In this document: in pieces, positions 28,327-41,049 of the stretch
Layout: every line of letters starts with the position of its first letter
How positions within the stretch are numbered: position 1 is the first letter of the stretch
Assembly (NCBI GenBank): GCA_964016885.1
Contig: OZ024741.1
Span: 307,458,001-307,522,000, forward strand
Reading direction: 5' to 3'
DNA from: Eledone cirrhosa
Lineage: Eukaryota
DNA length: 64,000 nt
The notes under the pieces: generated by a model
Database searches by the model: none
Seen by the model: only the letters and a program-made list of their open reading frames with translations
Told to the model about the DNA's origin: nothing
Position numbers and translations under genes: made by a program

Positions 28327-31300
28327 AGAGGAAGCTTAGTAAAATCGAAGCTTTGGCTGTGGCCAAGCAAAGTCGACCTACAATAGGAATTAGTTAGCAA
28401 AGCACTCAATAAGGGTAGGTCCTTAGAGTAATAACATACGTTTAAATAGCTTGACAAATTGAACATTGCGGTAGGCAAAACCCAACCACACAATACAAAA
28501 GTAACGAAAGAAATATATATATATATAAATTAATAAAAGCAATGAACAAAAACAAAGAACAAGTTCCTTTTACGATCGTTTCTAGGATATATGTGTGTTG
28601 GTATGTATATCATATAGATCTATGTAAAATTTTACAAACTATCAGAGGAAATATACATACCTTCACATATATATGCTGCCTTCAGAAATAATGATATTTG
28701 TTTATTGAAAATAACCAACAAAGATTTAATATAATAGATCTGTTTGGGAACAGGTTTTGAATTGACCAATAGAAAAGTAAGAGGTCAAGTTGATAGAATA
28801 GTAGTAGTAGAAATTTAATTTAGGAGTAGAGGAATGCAAACTTAAGTTTTGAATGGAATGAATACTTTGAATGAAAAGAATACTTTGGGGATGAAAAGAG
28901 GTCAAGCCGGTGAAGGGTACACGAAAATTTGATGTTATTAAAGAATAATGATAATGTTAAAACCGAAGGAGAATAAAATTTTAGGGTAAAGGTGTTAGTG
29001 AAAAATACTAATCTTATTTAAAGCACAAGGAAATTAGATCTATAACAAGAAATTAAATTAATTGATAAGTATACTTATAGGGATAAATTTATATTAATTC
29101 ATATGGATGTGATAAATAAGAATTAGATGTTATTAAAGAATATTGTTAAAAACGAAGGAAAATAAAATTTTGGGATAAATGTAGTAGTGGGAAATACCAA
29201 TCTTATATAGACTACAAGGAATCTAGATTCATAACAGGAAATTAAATTAATTTAAATATATACTTTTAGGTATTAATTTTAGGAAAAGAGAGCTGTAAGA
29301 GGGAAATAAAATTATGAAGTTCTCTATAGTAAAGTACTAATTATAGGTTAACTAAATTAAAAAAACTAATTATAATAATATGTAAAATATAAGTGTAAGG
29401 TGTATATTAATTAGGTTTATAATATTTGAAAGTTCTTCTAATTCTATGATTGCAAGATATAATTAATTCTTGTCGCTTATTTAATAGGATATCCTTAGAT
29501 TTCATTATTTCAAAAAGGGCGGTGGATTGGCAGTATCGGTAGAGGGTCGGACGCCATGCTTTCCAGCATAGTTACGTCCATTTACGATCTGAGTTCAAAT
29601 CCCGCCGAGGTTGACTTTGCCTTTCATCCTTACGGGGTCGATAAAATAAAGTACCAGTAATGCACTGGGTAATTGCTGGCTTTGTGCCTAAAGTAGAAAC
29701 AATTATTTCAAAAAGTTCCTGGGAGCATAATCTACACTCATATCTGTTATTTTGATAAGGGGTGGCCCTTTTGAGCACACTCCAAGTCAGGTTGTAATCG
29801 ATATTCTTTTTTCTATAATTATTAATTATTTCAGCCAAGGATGTATTAGCTAATGCGGCATTTTTAAAACTATGTTTGTGGGTATTAAATATTACTTTAA
29901 ATTGGTTAGACGTAGCTCCTATATATGAATAATTTGAGTCCTTAATGCTAATTTTACATTTATATACTTTATTATAAGACAATTTCCCTTTAATGGGCAA
30001 TTTCTTTTGTTTCTACAGTTACAACCATTCGTGCATATTATATCAGGGGTGTTAGTCAAATTTGGTGTGGAATTTACTTGACTTGTTATATGTGAAGGAG
30101 ATGGTGGTTTGTTGCGGTTTATTTTAGTATTATGGTTGGTTTGATGTGTTGGTGGTATATTCGTGTTTTTTTTTACATTTATATGCATTGTACGCACTTA
30201 TATTTTGTTGTATATTTTTGGCAGTGGAGTAGGAAAATTTGACAGTTGATCTATTTAAAATTTGATGGTTTGGCGGGAAGTTTTTCTCTAGGATAGTAAA
30301 AAAGTTTTAGGGATGTTATCTTTAATTTGTAGATTAAATGGAGCATTATACCAAGTAACTCGTCTATTACGGTTTCGATGTTTTTTTAATATTTATACAA
30401 TGTATCAGAATGTTTACTAAGAGAGTTAGTATTAGTGAGTTTATTATATATAGGTTTAGTTAGATTAACTGTTTTAGGTGTTTTAGTCTGATTATTAGGA
30501 ATTTTGTTAGTAATGTTATTAACGTATATTGGAGTATTAGGATGAATGGTTTTTTGAAAGTTATTATATTTTATGTTTTAGGTTGGTATTTTTGGGTGTA
30601 CTGTGAGTAGCATTTAGGTGTGTGTTTTTCATTTGGTGTTTGTTGGTAATATTGGGTTGTATGTTTGAAGTATTATTGGTGCAAGGTATATAGACGAATT
30701 TGTTTTTGTGGCCGCTTCTAGCTAAAGCTTCGTTATAAAAGGTCGCATTTTTATCGAATATATCCTGGTTAGATGAAAGGTTAGACATTCTGAGTGAGAT
30801 ATTATATGCTAGGTTTTTAAGGATAGATCTAAGGTGATTGGATTGTGAGTGTATGTAATGTAAGTTTTGGTTAGGTTTATGGTAAGGTTGGTAGATACCC
30901 GTAGATAAGTCTAAAGTTATATCTAGGAAATTAACTATTTTACTGGTGTTTTCAAATATAATAGTGAGACTATAATAGTCTTTGAGGAAAGTACTAATAA
31001 GTTTTTTATTTTTTTCAATTTCTGATAGGCTAAGGTTAGTGGAAAGAAGAAGACAGTCATCACGATATAAACCACCTTTAAGGTAGGGAAAAGAAGAATT
31101 TATGTTAAATAGAAGAAAGAGGCACACAAGATCGGTAATTTGGGCAGAATCACTAGAGCCCATAGTAATGTCGAATAGATTACTATATATATTTCTAGTC
31201 CAGTATTCCTTCTGAAAACCCAGTAGTGTTTGTCTAGCGTGCGTGATAATATTAGTGTCATCCATAGTTAAGTTTGATCTATTTTTGGCAAATATCAAGG

Positions 31301-31535
31301 CTTTGTTCAGGAGTATGGGTGACATAGAGGGATAATAAGCATTTATATCAAATTGTAGAAATGAAGCAGATGATTTATTTCTAATATTAGTAAACCAGTT
31401 AATTACTTGGGATGTGTTTTCCCAGAGTGGTAAATTAACATGTTTCCTTAATTGTGGGATGACTCTGTCTAAAATATTTTTACTAATGATGCCAATGTCA
31501 GATTTGGAAGGGCATATAAGTTTTATAGAAGGAGT
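28320..31535 (-). mobile_element. 5'-truncated Penelope-like element, Naiad-like (copy 2): RT + GIY-YIG pseudogene plus long 3' region
   Basis: RT ORF 30564-31325 (YRDD), CNCRNKRNCPLKGNC linker, YIGAT..FK...H and CRLC. After removing the SINE the ORF ends EIMKSKDILLNKRQELIISCNH...* at ~29407. Confidence 0.9.
29517..29703 (+). mobile_element. SINE family 1 inserted in the PLE endonuclease (also 35535-35721; remnant at 23680-23745)
   Basis: Full SINE with TSD attatttcaaaaag on both sides. Confidence 0.9.
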
Positions 31536-31923
31536 AGAAGAAGAAGAAGAAGAAGAAGAAGAAGAAGAAGAAGAAGAAGAAGAAGAAGAAGAAGAAGAAG
31601 AAGAAGAAGAAGAAGAAGAAGAAGAAGAAGAAGAAGAATCCCAGCGGCGAGCCCAGGTGTTTTAACTATCCGCTATGTATCTCACAATGCCGCAGACACA
31701 CACACTATATATATATATATATAACAAATGAATTGTGGTAAGGAACCAGATGGACCATAACGCACCAGAGTACTCAATACTTAGGGTAGTAGAATGGGAA
31801 ATAGGAGAAAGTATGCTCCCAACGGCAGAGCTCAAGCCGTTTCGAGGGCTATTTCTGGACTCCAGAGTCCAGAAATAGCCTTCGAAACGGCTTGACCTCT
31901 GCCGTCGGGGTCATACTTTTTAC

Positions 31924-32015
<92 letters not shown>

Positions 32016-32369
32016 TGTATGTGTGTGTGTCTGTCTGCGTGTTTGTGTACATGCATATTTAACTGCATGTGTGTGCGACATCCGTATTGTTGCATTTATT
32101 TGCATTGTCCATTAGACTAGGTGAACACCAGCTTTTCTTTTTAACTTACAGAGCATATGTTGCATCGGAACGCTATTCATATGCATTTAATGTGTGCATT
32201 GTGTTAGCTACGAAAAAAGAACACATGGTAGCAAATGGGAATCAACTCTGTTGCAAGCATTGTTTCCTATTGCAATATGCATGAATAAACATGCATGAGA
32301 CTGCAGCAACTGCATATAACAGCACATAACAATAATAGCAACGGCAATAACAATAATAATAATAAATTA

Positions 32370-32442
<73 letters not shown>

Positions 32443-33019
32443 GCAATCAAAATTTGGCCCTCTTTTGCTAAAGAATTTACAAATGATCTGATACCATAAT
32501 GAGTTGACGATCTCAGACCTTGGCACCACTGAGGCGCTCAGGGAAGCTAGGAGGATGTAGGGTTAGAACTATCTTCAACCAAAAACTGCGTGTCGTTTAA
32601 AAGCCATCTGTGTTGATGCGGTGATGCTATTTGTACTAATTCATGCCCTCAAAACTTTGAAGGAACAGTATCAATATTTCGCCCGTGGCATATCAATGAA
32701 TGGAAACAGCATGAGTAATTTTATCTATATTTTTCCTCTTGTCATCTTATTCATGCAATTTTTATTCATGTAACCTTTTGTTCACTAATAGCTTTCTGAT
32801 AAGGTCGTAACAGTTACGTAGCAGTTACTATCGAAATACGTCTAACAGCAATTGTGTAACAAGTAAATTTCGACCTACTGACTTCTACTTCATATATATA
32901 TATACACACACAAAATAAATTCACTGTTAATGGCTATCATTGTAAGAAAGGATATTCAGTTCATGAAGGAAGTATATATATATTTATATGTCTATTGCAA
33001 AAGAAAGTTGAAACAGCCA

Positions 33020-34260
33020 TGGAGCTGAAGGCTAGATTTGAAACAAAATCACAGCGCACAGCCTATAAAAAGAACACGAGAGATTTCAGAAATGATAAAG
33101 ACGCGTGGTTACGAAGAGGATATCTGAAGAAGGGAACAGAATGTTGGATTATGGCAGCCAAGACCAGGCGATAAGGACAAATTGGATCAAATTTAATTTG
33201 GATAAGGTAGTCACATCACAACTTTGTAGAATGTATGGAATAGTGAGTAAGACAATTAGGCATATTGTATTAGAATGCTCAGAATAGGCTCAGAATGAAT
33301 ATAAAAAAAAAGACATAAAAAAGTGGCAGCAGTAATACATTGGCGCTAAAAATTTTGGCTTTAGTTGTAGAGGCTAAAATCTTTGATATTAACATCCTAC
33401 TAGTTGTGTTATATGGTCTTGACTGTGTTGATTGGACGACAAGTTCACTTCAGAAGCTCTCTACATTCCAGAACCACATCATGAGACTTAGGACTGGGAA
33501 GCGGCTCAGCGACCGTATCTGTATCAGTGAGCTGCTCAACATTACCAAACTGAGACCAATTACATCAATTGTCAAGTCAAGAGTACTCAAATTATACGGT
33601 CATCTAAAACGATCAACTCGTGGTGTGAGTAAGTTATGCCTGGAAGGAAGAAGCAGAAGCCGGCAGCCAAAACGATGGCTTGACAATGTCAACTTATGGA
33701 CAGGAATTGATCTTTGCTCCTTGAACTCTGCTGCTGGTGATCGAACTTTGTAGAGAAAAATATATCATGTTGATGCGCAGTCTGCAACTGGCGGAGTTTA
33801 GCGTCACAAGATGAAGAGAAACGGTATGAACACTTGGTGACAAAAGCGATGAAATTGGAAAATAATAAAGGCAAATTTCTATGAGATATTACAATATATA
33901 CGGAAACAAAGATTGATCACAACAAACCAGATATAGTGTTGATAATCAAGAAAGAACAGAAGTGCTTTATTGTGGATATAGCCAGCCTTTTTGACACGGG
34001 AATAAAGGATAGAGAAAAGAAGAAAATCTACCTACAATGATTACAAATATGAAATTTTGAAAGAAGTCAAGAGTGATGTATCTAAGGTAATATTAATAGT
34101 GATAGTTATTAGAAAACTAGGATATCTAACAGACAAACTTGCTAAAAATAAATGCATCAAATTCGATATCATTTTGGTATATAGCCTGTACAAGAAGAAT
34201 GCCTGCTTGGCATTGCCAGGATAATCAGAAATGTGATGCGAAAAAAAAGTGTAACGATAG
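33020..34260 (+). mobile_element. R4/Dong-like remnant with nested RTE fragment (copy 3)
   Basis: Duplicate; ORFs 33105-33287 and 33340-33753. Confidence 0.75.
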
Positions 34261-34265
34261 TGGTG

Positions 34266-34337
<72 letters not shown>

Positions 34338-34344
<7 letters not shown>

Positions 34345-37300
34345 AGAGGAAGCTTAGTAAAATCGAAGCTTTGGCTGTGGCCAAGCAAAGTCGACCTACA
34401 ATAGGAATTAGTTAGCAAAGCACTCAATAAGGGTAGGTCCTTAGAGTAATAACATACGTTTAAATAGCTTGACAAATTGAACATTGCGGTAGGCAAAACC
34501 CAACCACACAATACAAAAGTAACGAAAGAAATATATATATATATAAATTAATAAAAGCAATGAACAAAAACAAAGAACAAGTTCCTTTTACGATCGTTTC
34601 TAGGATATATGTGTGTTGGTATGTATATCATATAGATCTATGTAAAATTTTACAAACTATCAGAGGAAATATACATACCTTCACATATATATGCTGCCTT
34701 CAGAAATAATGATATTTGTTTATTGAAAATAACCAACAAAGATTTAATATAATAGATCTGTTTGGGAACAGGTTTTGAATTGACCAATAGAAAAGTAAGA
34801 GGTCAAGTTGATAGAATAGTAGTAGTAGAAATTTAATTTAGGAGTAGAGGAATGCAAACTTAAGTTTTGAATGGAATGAATACTTTGAATGAAATGAATA
34901 CTTTGGGGATGAAAAGAGGTCAAGCCGGTGAAGGGTACACGAAAATTTGATGTTATTAAAGAATAATGATAATGTTAAAACCGAAGGAGAATAAAATTTT
35001 AGGGTAAAGGTGTTAGTGAAAAATACTAATCTTATTTAAAACACAAGGAAATTAGATCTATAACAAGAAATTAAATTAATTGATAAGTATACTTATAGGG
35101 ATAAATTTATATTAATTCATATGGATGTGATAAATAAGAATTAGATGTTATTAAAGAATATTGTTAAAAACGAAGGAAAATAAAATTTTGGGATAAATGT
35201 AGTAGTGGGAAATACCAATCTTATATAGACTACAAGGAATCTAGATTCATAACAGGAAATTAAATTAATTTAAATGTATACTTTTAGGTATTAATTTTAG
35301 GAAAAGAGAGCTGTAAGAGGGAAATAAAATTATGAAGTTCTCTATAGTAAAGTACTAATTATAGGTTAACTAAATTAAAAAAACTAATTATAATAATATG
35401 TAAAATATAAGTGTAAGGTGTATATTAATTAGGTTTATAATATTTGAAAGTTCTTCTAATTCTATGATTGCAAGATATAATTAATTCTTGTCGCTTATTT
35501 AATAGGATATCCTTAGATTTCATTATTTCAAAAAGGGCGGTGGATTGGCAGTATCGGTAGAGGGTCGGACGCCATGCTTTCCAGCATAGTTACGTCCCTT
35601 TACGATCTGAGTTCAAATCCCGCCGAGGTTGACTTTGCCTTTCATCCTTACGGGGTCGATAAAATAAAGTACCAGTAATGCACTGGGTAATTGCTGGCTT
35701 TGTGCCTAAAGTAGAAACAATTATTTCAAAAAGTTCCTGGGAGCATAATCTACACTCATATCTGTTATTTTGATAAGGGGTGGCCCTTTTGAGCACACTC
35801 CAAGTCAGGTTGTAATCGATATTCTTTTTTCTATAATTATTAATTATTTCAGCCAAGGATGTATTAGCTAATGCGGCATTTTTAAAACTATGTTTGTGGG
35901 TATTAAATATTACTTTAAATTGGTTAGACGTAGCTCCTATATATGAATAATTTGAGTCCTTAGTGCTAATTTTACATTTATATACTTTATTATAAGACAA
36001 TTTCCCTTTAATGGGCAATTTCTTTTGTTTCTACAGTTACAACCATTCGTGAATATTATATCAGGGGAGTTAGTCAAATTTGGTGTGGAATTTACTCGAC
36101 TTGTTATATGTGAAGGAGATGGTGGTTTGTTGCGGTTTATTTTAGTATTATGGTTGGTTTGATGTGTTGGTGGTATATTCGTGTTTTTTTTTACATTTAT
36201 ATGCATTGTACGCACTTATACTTTGTTGTATATTTTTGGCAGTGGAGTAGGAAAATTTGACAGTTGATCTATTAAAAATTTGATGGTATGGCGGGAAGTT
36301 TTTCTCTAGGATAGTAAACAATTTTTAGGGATGTTATCTTTAATTTGTAGATAAATGGAGCATTATACCAAGTAACTCGTCTATTACGGTTTCGATGTTT
36401 TTTTAAATATTTATACGATGTATCAGAATGTTTACTAAGAGAGTTAGTATTAGTGAGTTTATTATATATAGGTTTAGTTAGATTAACTGATTTAGGTGTT
36501 TTAGTCTGATTATTAGGAATTTTGTTAGTAATGTTATTAACGTATATTGGAGTATTAGGATGAATGGTTTTTTGAAAATTATTATATTTTATGAGAAGAG
36601 GTAGAGAAATTAAGTTTTAGGTTGGGTGTACTGTGTGTGGCATTTAGGTGTATTTTTCATTTGGTATTTGTTGGTAATATTGGGTTGTATGTTTGAAGTA
36701 TTATAGGTGCAAGGTATATAGACTAATTTGTTTTTGTGGCCGCTTCTAGCTAAAGCTTCGTTATAAAAGGTCGCATTTTTATCGAATACATCCTGGTTAG
36801 ATGAAAGGTTAGACATTCTGAGTGAGATATTATATGCTAGGTTTTTAAGGATAGATCTAGGGTGATTGGATTGTGAGTGTATGTAATGTAAGTTTTGGTT
36901 AGGTTTATGGTAAGGTTGGTAGATACCCGTAGATAAGTCTAAAGTTATATCTAGGAAATTAACTATTTTACTGGTGTTTTCAAATGTAATAGTGAGACTA
37001 TAATAGTCTTTGAGGAAAGTTCTAAGTTTTTTATTTTTTTCAATTTCTGATAGGCTAAGGTTAGTGGAAAGAAGAAGACAGTCATCACGATATAAACCAC
37101 CTTTAAGGTGGGGAAAAGAAGAATTTATGTTAAATAGAAGAAAGAGGCCCACGAGATCGGTAATTTGGGCAGAATCACTAGAGCCCATAGTAATGTCGAA
37201 TAGATTACTATTTGTATTTCTGGTCCAGTATTTCTTCTGAAAACCCAGTAGTGTTTGTCTAGCGTGCGTGATAATATTAATGTCATCCATAGTTAAGTTT

Positions 37301-37540
37301 GATCTATTTTTGGCAAATATCAAGGCTTTGTTCAGGAGTATGGGTGACATAGAGGGATAATAAGCATTTATATCAAATTGTAGAAATGAAGCAGATGATT
37401 TATTTCTAATATTAGTAAACCAATTAGTTACTTGGGATGTGTTTTCCCAGAGTGGTAAATTAACATGTTTTCTTAATTGTGGGATGACTCTGTCTAAAAT
37501 ATTTTTACAAATGATGGCAATGTCAGATTTGGAAGGGCAT
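34338..37540 (-). mobile_element. 5'-truncated Penelope-like element (copy 3)
   Basis: RT ORF 36610-37350 (DLVGLF, YRDD, SNHP) and GIY-YIG ORF 35590-36018. Confidence 0.9.
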
Positions 37541-37931
37541 AGAAGAAGAAGAAGAAGAAGAAGAAGAAGAAGAAGAAGAAGAAGAAGAAGAAGAAGAAGA
37601 AGAAGAAGAAGAAGAAGAAGAAGAAGAAGAAGAAGAAGAAGAAGAAGAAGAATCCCAGCGGCGAGCCCAGGTGTTTTAACTACCCGCTATGTATCTCACA
37701 ATGCCGCAGACACACACACTATATATATATAGCAAAGGAATTGTGGTAAGGAACCAGATGGACTACAACGCACCAGAGTACTCAATACTTAGGGTAGTAG
37801 AGTGGGAAATAGGAAAAAGTATGACCCCAACGGCAGAGCTCAAGCCGTTTCGAGGGCTATTTCTGGACTCCAGAGTCCAGAAATAGCCGTCGAAACGGCT
37901 TGACCTCTGCCGTCCGGCTCATACTTTTTCC

Positions 37932-37964
<33 letters not shown>

Positions 37965-38723
37965 ATGTTTGTGTATGTGTGTGTGTCTGTCTGCGTGTTT
38001 GTGTACATGCATATATAACTGCATGTGTGTGCGACATCCGTATTGTTGCATTTATTTGCATTGTCCATTAGCCTAGGTGAACACCAGCTTTTCTTTTTAA
38101 CTTACAGAGCATATGTTGCATCGGAACGCTATTCATATGCATTTAATGTGTGCATTGTGTTAGCTACGAAAAAAGAACACATGGTCGCAAGTGGGAATCA
38201 ACTCTGTTGCAAGCATTGTTTCCTATTGCAATATGCATGAATAAACATGCATGAGACTGCAGAAACTGCATATAACAGCATATAACAATAATAGCAACGG
38301 CAATAACAATAATAATAATAAATTCTACTACTACTACTACTACTACTACAACAATATGACTTGGGTTTATTTCAATAATCTAATGATCCACCACATACAT
38401 TTAACTTATTTACACAACTTGTTAAGGTAAAACGAAAGACTCAGCTCGTGTAGCATACTTAAAAGAAAGCCATTTAGCGTATAAACAGCCACTACATATA
38501 TAAATTAGAATATCTAAACTAATGGTGTCAGTGAAACATTCAAACATGGACTGCATGATAGTGGTAGGTAGAGTTTAGAAATGTATTATTGGTAGGTTAA
38601 AAGTAGTGTGTGTGTGTGTTTATATATACATTATCTTTGCCGTTCATCCTTACGGGGTCGATAAAATAAAGTACCAGTAATGCACTGAGTAATTGCTGGC
38701 CTTGTGCCAAAAGTAGAAACAAT

Positions 38724-38805
<82 letters not shown>

Positions 38806-38806
<1 letters not shown>

Positions 38807-39010
38807 GGTAAACAGAAATAACAACACAATCGGTACAGTACATGGAAGGTATATATTAGGTTAACGCTTGATATAGCAGGAAGAGGGTCTTAACGTTTCG
38901 GACGCTAGTCCTTCATCAGAAGAAAGAATGAGAAATAAAATAGATTGATGGGACGGGCGGGATAGAATTGGAAAAAATGTCTTTAGATAAAAATAACAGG
39001 TCCATTCACA
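38806..39010 (-). mobile_element. PLE pseudo-LTR family B with intact minimal hammerhead
   Basis: Near-identical to 56991-57215. Partial copies at ~520-556, 39978-40190 and 52263-52333. Confidence 0.75.
38888..38923 (-). ncRNA. Minimal hammerhead ribozyme motif
   Basis: UCUU-CUGAUGA-A-GGAC(UAGC)GUCC-GAAA-CG-UU-AAGA, with palindromic AACGUU in place of stem III. Confidence 0.75.
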
Positions 39011-39021
39011 TAAATATATGA

Positions 39022-39205
39022 TAAGAGTCAGGACCCCGACGGCTGAGCTCCGGCCGTTTCAACAGCTAGATCGGAACTAGTTCGGATCTAGCTGTGGAAA
39101 CGGCCGGAGCTCAGCCGTCGGGGTCCTGACTCTTTTCCTATTACCCACTCTCGAGTACTTTTGTGCGATCTGGTCCACCTGGTATCTTACCACACCCTCT
39201 TTATT
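39022..39205 (+). mobile_element. Family A foldback element
   Basis: Arms ~39023-39078 and 39079-39134 centred on gaactagttc. Tail runs to 39205. Confidence 0.8.
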
Positions 39206-39813
39206 ATATATATATATATATAAACAAAATTATATGTGTGAAGAACAGAAAAAAAATTACCTAATTTTTCCTCGTAGTAGAAAGCTGCAAACAAGAAAGA
39301 CGATATACGTAGGTTGAATGAATAGCAGCAATGCAATCTCGTGCATAAGGGTGGTATTACATAGTATTGAACCCAGGTTGTATGACGGCGTAGAACAAGC
39401 CACCGTAGAGAGCCATAGGAATAAAGACGGGGGACAACTAGTGGCTTTCGACTGGGAACAGAACAGTATTTGGTGCTAATAAAGGGAGGAAATGAAAATA
39501 GAATTTCGTAAAAAAAGGGGAGACAGTGTGTGCATATAAATTTCTTTTAGAATTTTATGGAGTTTGTTTTCAAACAGTTACTTGCATATTCTTATTAAAA
39601 TCACTCTTTCACATATGGAAAACTCTACTGCATTTCCTTTTATTTTTCTACTGTCTTACTTGATTCAGTCAACAGATTGTAGCAATGTTGAAGCACCGCC
39701 CTAACTTAGTTGATTATATTGACTCCACTATGCTACTTTAACGATCTCTTTTTTGTCGAATCGGTACGTAAGTTAGAGGACATAAACACAGAGACAGACA
39801 AGGACGCACATAT

Positions 39814-39980
<167 letters not shown>

Positions 39981-40541
39981 AAAAGTAAACGGAAACAACA
40001 AAGCAAACAATACTGTACAATGAAGAAATATATTAGTTTAACGCTTGGTATCGTACGAAAAGGCTCGTATCTTTTCGGACATTAGTCCTTCATCAGAATA
40101 TAGAATAAGAAATAAAAGAAGAAAGGAAGAAAGAGAAAGATAGAGCCAAGCGGAAGCAACGAAAAGTAATTTGTTGGGAAAAAGCACGTGTGTGTTCAGT
40201 CAACAATTTATGTGGTTTCCATCTACCAAATCCTTCTCCCAAGTCATTGGCCAAATCAACATTATAGTAGAAGATACTTATCCAAAGTGCCACATAGTGA
40301 GACGGAACCTAGAAGCAACTGGTTGCGTGGTGAACTCCTGAACCATCATTTCACTTAACCATCATTTCACCCCACCCACCACACATCATTTTGGGACCTT
40401 CAGTTTTTAATCTTCTAACAGTCATTCCAACTATTTCATTGAACACCTCCATACAATGAGTTAACAAAAGAGCATTTACTAGTCGTTCGGCATAATAGAT
40501 TACAGCAGCAAAATTTCCCTCAAATCACATAATCTCTATGG

Positions 40542-40693
40542 CAGGGTTTCACAAACTTTTTCAAACGCAGAATCCTTTTTCGGTCAGAAACCTTTTGGGA
40601 GAACCCCAAAGTCTAATACTAATATATGGTCGTAATATAAATATACTCCTCTACCTTTTTCACGGAACCTCAGCCACTCCTTTGGAACCACTG
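40542..40693. mobile_element. hAT-like MITE (152 bp)
   Basis: Termini cagggtttcacaaa and tttggaaccactg. 8-bp near-TSD ctctatgg / ctctatgt. Confidence 0.65.
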
Positions 40694-41049
40694 CTCTATG
40701 TTGTCATCTAACGGCAGTCTTAGAAAAAGATACTGTTATCCTGGTTTCTCTCAAAATAGGCAAAATACGAGATGATCACAACCGACATGTCTTTCATCAT
40801 TGGTCTACTTGATCAGGATTGGCCAAGAGTTAAATAACAACAACATACATAAATAAAATCTTCCACGAGCCAAAAGAGGTGGCCTTTACAATACCATTCT
40901 ATGTGCCAGAAATAGAAGCCAAATCTCCAAGAAATCACACACAATCGATGTAAAAACAAAAACAAAAAAAGATTACTGATTAGTCACAACTGGAATGCTC
41001 TTGTCCAGTGTGTTGTGCCTGATCTGGAGTTAAACCATCACACCAATTA

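Larger units (their letters stand above)
21956..38350. repeat. Triple tandem duplication (units start at ~21956, ~26426 and ~32437; periods 4470 and 6011 bp)
   Basis: cgcaatcaaaatttggccc occurs at 21961, 26431 and 32442, and duplicated ORFs recur in the track. Junctions lie in (TAC)n. Copy 1 lacks ~1.5 kb. Confidence 0.95.

Noticed and set aside
28600-28700. Hammerhead in the 3' region of the Naiad-like PLE (minus strand ctgaagg...gcatatatatgt gaag)
   Set aside because: Too many core mismatches to support.
29407-30030. Selenocysteine recoding, as reported for some Naiad PLEs
   Set aside because: The Cys codons I could read in the linker are TGT/TGC. No in-frame TGA was seen there and no SECIS was recognised.
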